A stretch of DNA of 64,000 bases from Octopus vulgaris (lineage: Eukaryota): contig OX597824.1 in assembly GCA_951406725.2 (NCBI GenBank), positions 20,088,001 through 20,152,000 on the forward strand, read 5' to 3'. Positions within the stretch are counted from its first letter, which is position 1; each line of letters starts with the position of its first letter. This document shows positions 59,175 through 64,000 of the stretch, piece after piece. The position numbers and the translations under genes were made by a program. A model generated the notes under the pieces. The model was not told the DNA's origin. It ran no database searches and worked only from the letters and a program-made list of their open reading frames with translations.

Positions 59175-59492
59175 CATTATTATTATTCTGCATGTTTGTT
59201 ACAATCACTCGCCGAGACACACCCAGCGTCCTAGGGCGAGTGAAGGATGAAAGATGTTCCAGTATGACTGAAAGCTTGGGGAAGGGAAGTGGCAGAGGCA
59301 GTAGTGAAATATCTTCATGTAATACAACGCAGACATTTAAATGGATAAGGTTTTTCTAAGGATGTGGGCAGTACTTATCAGCACAATCTTTTAGGATTCT
59401 CTGAGACATGGGTCTCCTGGGATATTATCATTATCATTATTATCATCATCATCATCATCATCATCATCATTATCATTATTATTATTATTATA

Positions 59493-59563
<71 letters not shown>

Positions 59564-59565
59564 CA

Positions 59566-59606
<41 letters not shown>

Positions 59607-59660
59607 ATTATCATTATTATTACTATTACTATTATTATTTTGATCATCATCATTATTTAT
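58825..59660. repeat. (ATT)n/(ATC)n/(GTT)n microsatellites
   Basis: Read directly; source of the spurious N-terminus of ORF 57511..59220. Confidence 0.95.
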
Positions 59661-60138
59661 AGTGGGAAAGATAAAAACGATTTCTTCTCAGCCGAAGAGC
59701 TAACCCAAATTCTTGCAACAGAATGGACACCGTTACAGTGCACCAAAAGATCGGGTGGTGGTGCTAAGCCAAGCGATAGAATAATTTTAAAAACCGAAGA
59801 ACAGGAACGGCCCTTTCTGCTTTCCAAATGTCACTCAGAAGATTTGTTTGGGAATAAAAACCAAAAACCGAAAACCACTAACCCAAGGTCCTATACAGTA
59901 GGTTCCATCACTTAACCGCAAAGTAATGAAATGAATTTCATCAAACCTGTATTCTTTATCATTCTTTTATTCTTTTCATGTATGTTCACTAAACCTTACC
60001 TTTTTCATTAATGTCCCCACGTAAATTAAAAATTCAAAGTTGGTTCAAACTTCAAGGAAACCTTCATGATGTTTCGGGGGCAGTTTAAAAGATATTTACG
60101 CAACCCACGCACACATTAACACACACACACACACACGC

Positions 60139-60163
<25 letters not shown>

Positions 60164-60170
<7 letters not shown>

Positions 60171-60458
60171 ATCACGTGACCGACCATGATATCAGATGTT
60201 GTTACACATCGCTGGTCACAATGCGCTTCGCATTGTTTTAGCCTTCAAATGACGCCACCCCGCTTGGCTAAGCGAGCAGGCCAACAGAAGAAAGAGTGAG
60301 AGAAAGTTGTGGCGAAAGAGTACAGCAGGGATCGCCACTCCCCCCCCCCCGCCTTGACGGAGCCTCGTGGAGCTTTAGATGTTTTCGCTCAATAAACCCT
60401 CACAATGCCCGGTCTGGGAATCGAAACCGCTGCCCTAATCACTGGGTCATTTCACCTC

Positions 60459-60461
<3 letters not shown>
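60164..60461 (-). mobile_element. SINE family C with tcacgtgatcacgtga tail
   Basis: Reverse complement match to 28831-29123, small head deletion. Confidence 0.85.
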
Positions 60462-60489
<28 letters not shown>

Positions 60490-60490
<1 letters not shown>

Positions 60491-60893
60491 CTCTTTACTC
60501 TTTTACTTGTTTCAGTCATTTGACTGCGGCCATGCTGGAGCACCGCCTTTAGTCGAGCAAATCGACCCCGGGACTTATTCTTTGTAAGCCCAGTACATAT
60601 TCTATCGGTCTCTTTTGCCGAACCGCTAAGTGACGGGGACGTAAACACACCAGCATCGGTTGTCAACCAATGCTAGAGGGACAAACACAGACACACAAAC
60701 ATATACACAAACGCACACATGCATATATATACATATATACGACAGGCTTCTTTCAGTTTCCGTCTACCAAATCCACTCACAAGGCATTGGTCGGCCCGGG
60801 GCTATAGCAGAAGACACTTGCCCAAGATGCCACGCAGTGGGACTGAACCCGGAACCATGTGGTTGGTTAGCAAGCTACTTACCACACAGCCAC
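60490..60893 (-). mobile_element. SINE family A
   Basis: Matches consensus. Confidence 0.88.
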
Positions 60894-61193
60894 TATATCC
60901 ATGTGTGTGTGTGTATGTGTGTGCAGAGCGCCTCAATGTGACAAAAAATCAGTAGCGCTGTGTCACATGTTATGAAATTTCCTGCTGTTTGTCTGGTAAC
61001 GTTCTGACGATTCGCTGACGTTTCTATGTTTTCCTTGACATGATGAATGTCTTGGAAAACTGGCAAGAGTTCTGTCTAGAATAACACCGAAATGTTATTC
61101 TAGACTGGAATGACGACTGGTCTTTGAAAGGAAATACAAAAAAAAAAACCATCAGCTGCAAAATAGAAAAAAGAAGTGTTTTTCGTTCACAAG

Positions 61194-61251
<58 letters not shown>

Positions 61252-61332
61252 ATGTATGTATGTATGTATAAATATAAATATATATATTTATATATATATA
61301 TATATACATATATACACACACATATATGTATA

Positions 61333-61471
<139 letters not shown>

Positions 61472-61574
61472 GGATAGATAGATATAGACATACGCACTTT
61501 CACATATACACGGACATGTGCATACGTACATACATATATGCATATATACCTGTGTGTGCGAATGTGTATGTATG

Positions 61575-61605
<31 letters not shown>

Positions 61606-61676
61606 GCATACAAATACACAAGCACATACGTGCACACATACATGTGCATATGTATATATATGTTCTACCTTTGACC

Positions 61677-61724
<48 letters not shown>

Positions 61725-61940
61725 CACGCTCACACACATTTATGCATATATACATATATATATATATATGCACACACACATACACACGCACACACACATA
61801 TATATATATATAATATACGCGGTGCTCCAGTATGGCCGCAGTAAAAAGACTGAAACAAGTAAAGGAATAAAAGAATATGTGTGTGTGTGCATTATACGTA
61901 TGTATGTCTGTATGTGTGTATGTGTGTGTGTGTGTGTGTA

Positions 61941-61992
<52 letters not shown>

Positions 61993-62189
61993 TACATACA
62001 CATTTACACATGCATAAACATGGTCATATACACACATACATGCCCTGTCTTATTACATACATGGCTCTCTACCTCCCCCTCTTTAAATGTGTGTGTGTGT
62101 GTGCATGCGCAGAGGAGGACAATCATCACAAACTTTAGTCTACGAGACACTCCCATCATTAGTTCCTCAGTGTACATCAACCAATCTCC

Positions 62190-62228
<39 letters not shown>

Positions 62229-62659
62229 CATTTCTCCCCCCCCCCCACCTCCTTCTAACACCCCCACAAGATCCCTCCTTCCACTGGCGCCAACTTCCAT
62301 CGTCAACGTAACTTTACAACAAATAGTTACAAAACCATGGATAGGTTTCACCCTGTGTTGTAATTACCAACAAAATAAAGATATATTTTAAAAGAATAGT
62401 TTTTCAGTTCTGCTCTTATTTTATTTTATTTTTTCCTTCTTTCTTTTCTCGCTTTTACCAAAATTTCTTCCCAAGTGCCAACGTTTAAGAAATAACACAA
62501 AAACACAAGAAGACACGGTGAAGAATCTAATGCTACAGTATTTTCACCAAATATTTCACCAGATTTTTTTTGCTAGTTTCATGCTATGATTCTTAGACAA
62601 AATGCTTCTCGCTTTAGAAGTGGTTATAGAGTGGAGGAAATGGTGGAATATTCTCTTTT

Positions 62660-62996
62660 CTCTTTACTCTTTTACTTGTTTCAGACATTTGACTGCGGCC
62701 CATGCTGGAGCACTGCCTTTAGTCGAGCAAATCGACCCCGGGACTTATTCTTTGGAAGCCTGGTACTTATTTTATTGGTCTCTTATGCCGAATCGCTAAA
62801 TTACGGGGACGTAAACACTCCAGCATCGGTTGTCAAGCAATGCTAGGGGAACAAACACAGACACACAAACATACAGACACACACACATATATATATACAC
62901 ATATACATATATACGACGGGCTTCTTTCAGTTTCCGTCTACCAAATCCACTCACAAGGCTTTGGTCGGCCCGAGGCTATAGTAGAAGTTACTTGCT
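62660..62996 (-). mobile_element. SINE family A, 5'-truncated
   Basis: Matches consensus. Confidence 0.85.
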
Positions 62997-63109
62997 CAAG
63001 TGGACGGAAATTGTGTGAAAGCACGTTTCTACATATATGCATATATATACCTACAATACATACATATATATGCATATATATACATGCATACATATATATA
63101 TAGATATAG

Positions 63110-63407
63110 GTGGAGGCGCAATGGCCCAGTGGTTAGGGCAGCGGACTCGCGGTCGTAGGATCGCGGTTTCGATTCCCAGACCGGGCGTTGTGTGTGTTTA
63201 TTGAGCAAAAACACCTAAAAGCTCCACGAGGCTCCGGCAGGGGGTGGTGATCCCTGCTGTACTCCTTCACCACTCTTTCTCACACTCTTTCTTTTGTTGG
63301 CCTGCTCGCTTAGCCAGCGGGATGGCGTCATTCGAAGGCTAAAACAATGCGAACGCATTGTGACCAGCGATGTGTAGCAACATCTGATGGTCTGGTCGGT
63401 CACATGA
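63110..63407 (+). mobile_element. SINE family C
   Basis: Matches 28831-29123. Confidence 0.88.
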
Positions 63408-63467
63408 TGATGATGATGACATATATAGAGAGAGAGAGGGAGAGGGAGAGAGAGAGACATATATACA

Positions 63468-63600
63468 CATATTAGCCATGTAACAACACGCGTACTTTTC
63501 TCGGACTATTCTTTCCCTTCTCTCTGGACCTTTCCTCTTTCTGACGAAGAACCATGCTCGAAACGTCATGCCCCCTTCTTTCACACAGTTCCCGTTTACC
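63468..63600 (+). mobile_element. Diverged short Penelope-type element with minimal hammerhead motif
   Basis: ctgacga-a-gaac-cat-gctc-gaaacgtc at 63541-63568. Confidence 0.6.
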
Positions 63601-63792
63601 AAATTTATTCACAACCCATTTGTCGCCCCCACTGACAAACGGGCTCTAGTAGAAGACATTTACCCAAAATTCCGCGTAGCCGGACCGAACTCGAAAAGTT
63701 GTGTCTGCAAAGCAATCTTCTAAACCACACAGCCACAGAATAGAAAAACAAACGAGGTGTTGATACGGTGTGAGAATATATAGAGTATATAT

Positions 63793-64000
63793 TAATTCTT
63801 TATTGCCCACTGGAAGCTAAACATAGAGGAGACAAACAAAGACAGACACAGAGATTAAGTCGATTACATAGAACCCCGTGCGAAACTGGTACTTATTTAA
63901 TCGACCCCGAAAGGATGAAAGGCAAAGTCGACCTCAGCGGAATTTGAACTCAGAACGTAGCGGCAGACGAAATACCTATTTCTTTACTACTCACAAAGGG
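63793..64000 (-). mobile_element. SINE family B tandem array running off the window end
   Basis: One unit plus the junction gacgaaatacc|tatttctttact. Confidence 0.85.

Noticed and set aside
57511-59220. 569-aa ORF as an intact gene
   Set aside because: N-terminus is (AAT)n, the middle has a compensated frameshift, and the RT core is missing; a retrotransposon remnant.
59660-59915. Open frame of ~85 non-repetitive codons
   Set aside because: No recognisable motif or convincing splice signals; compatible with chance.

Overview
AT-rich, microsatellite-saturated eukaryotic DNA with no recognisable host protein-coding exon. The SINE repertoire and (TA)n/(GATA)n/(ATT)n/(CAC)n load look like an octopus/cephalopod intergenic or intronic region (inference from recognition, not a search). 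Nearly all long ORFs in the track are translations of simple repeats. Real coding remnants are all from transposons: a young 5'-truncated Tx1/L1-type LINE inside a (GATA)n array, two RLE-type (R4/Dong-like) LINE 3' ends, a decayed Penelope-like RT/GIY-YIG element, an internally deleted mariner and a Tc1/maT-like N-terminus. There are also hAT, piggyBac, Tc1 and Helitron non-autonomous elements and dozens of tRNA-derived SINEs from three main families (A, B, C). The most interesting signal is about 15 type I hammerhead-ribozyme motifs from several unrelated short Penelope-type elements, mostly in or beside (TA)n tracts. They include one complete monomeric hammerhead (41544-41605), a 157-bp inverted repeat with a hammerhead on each strand, and a tRNA-headed SINE-like element ending in a hammerhead tail. 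Also notable: SINE B shares its 3' tail with the Tx1-like LINE, prefers G(G/A)TAT targets and forms tandem arrays, and SINE heads and tails are shuffled between families.
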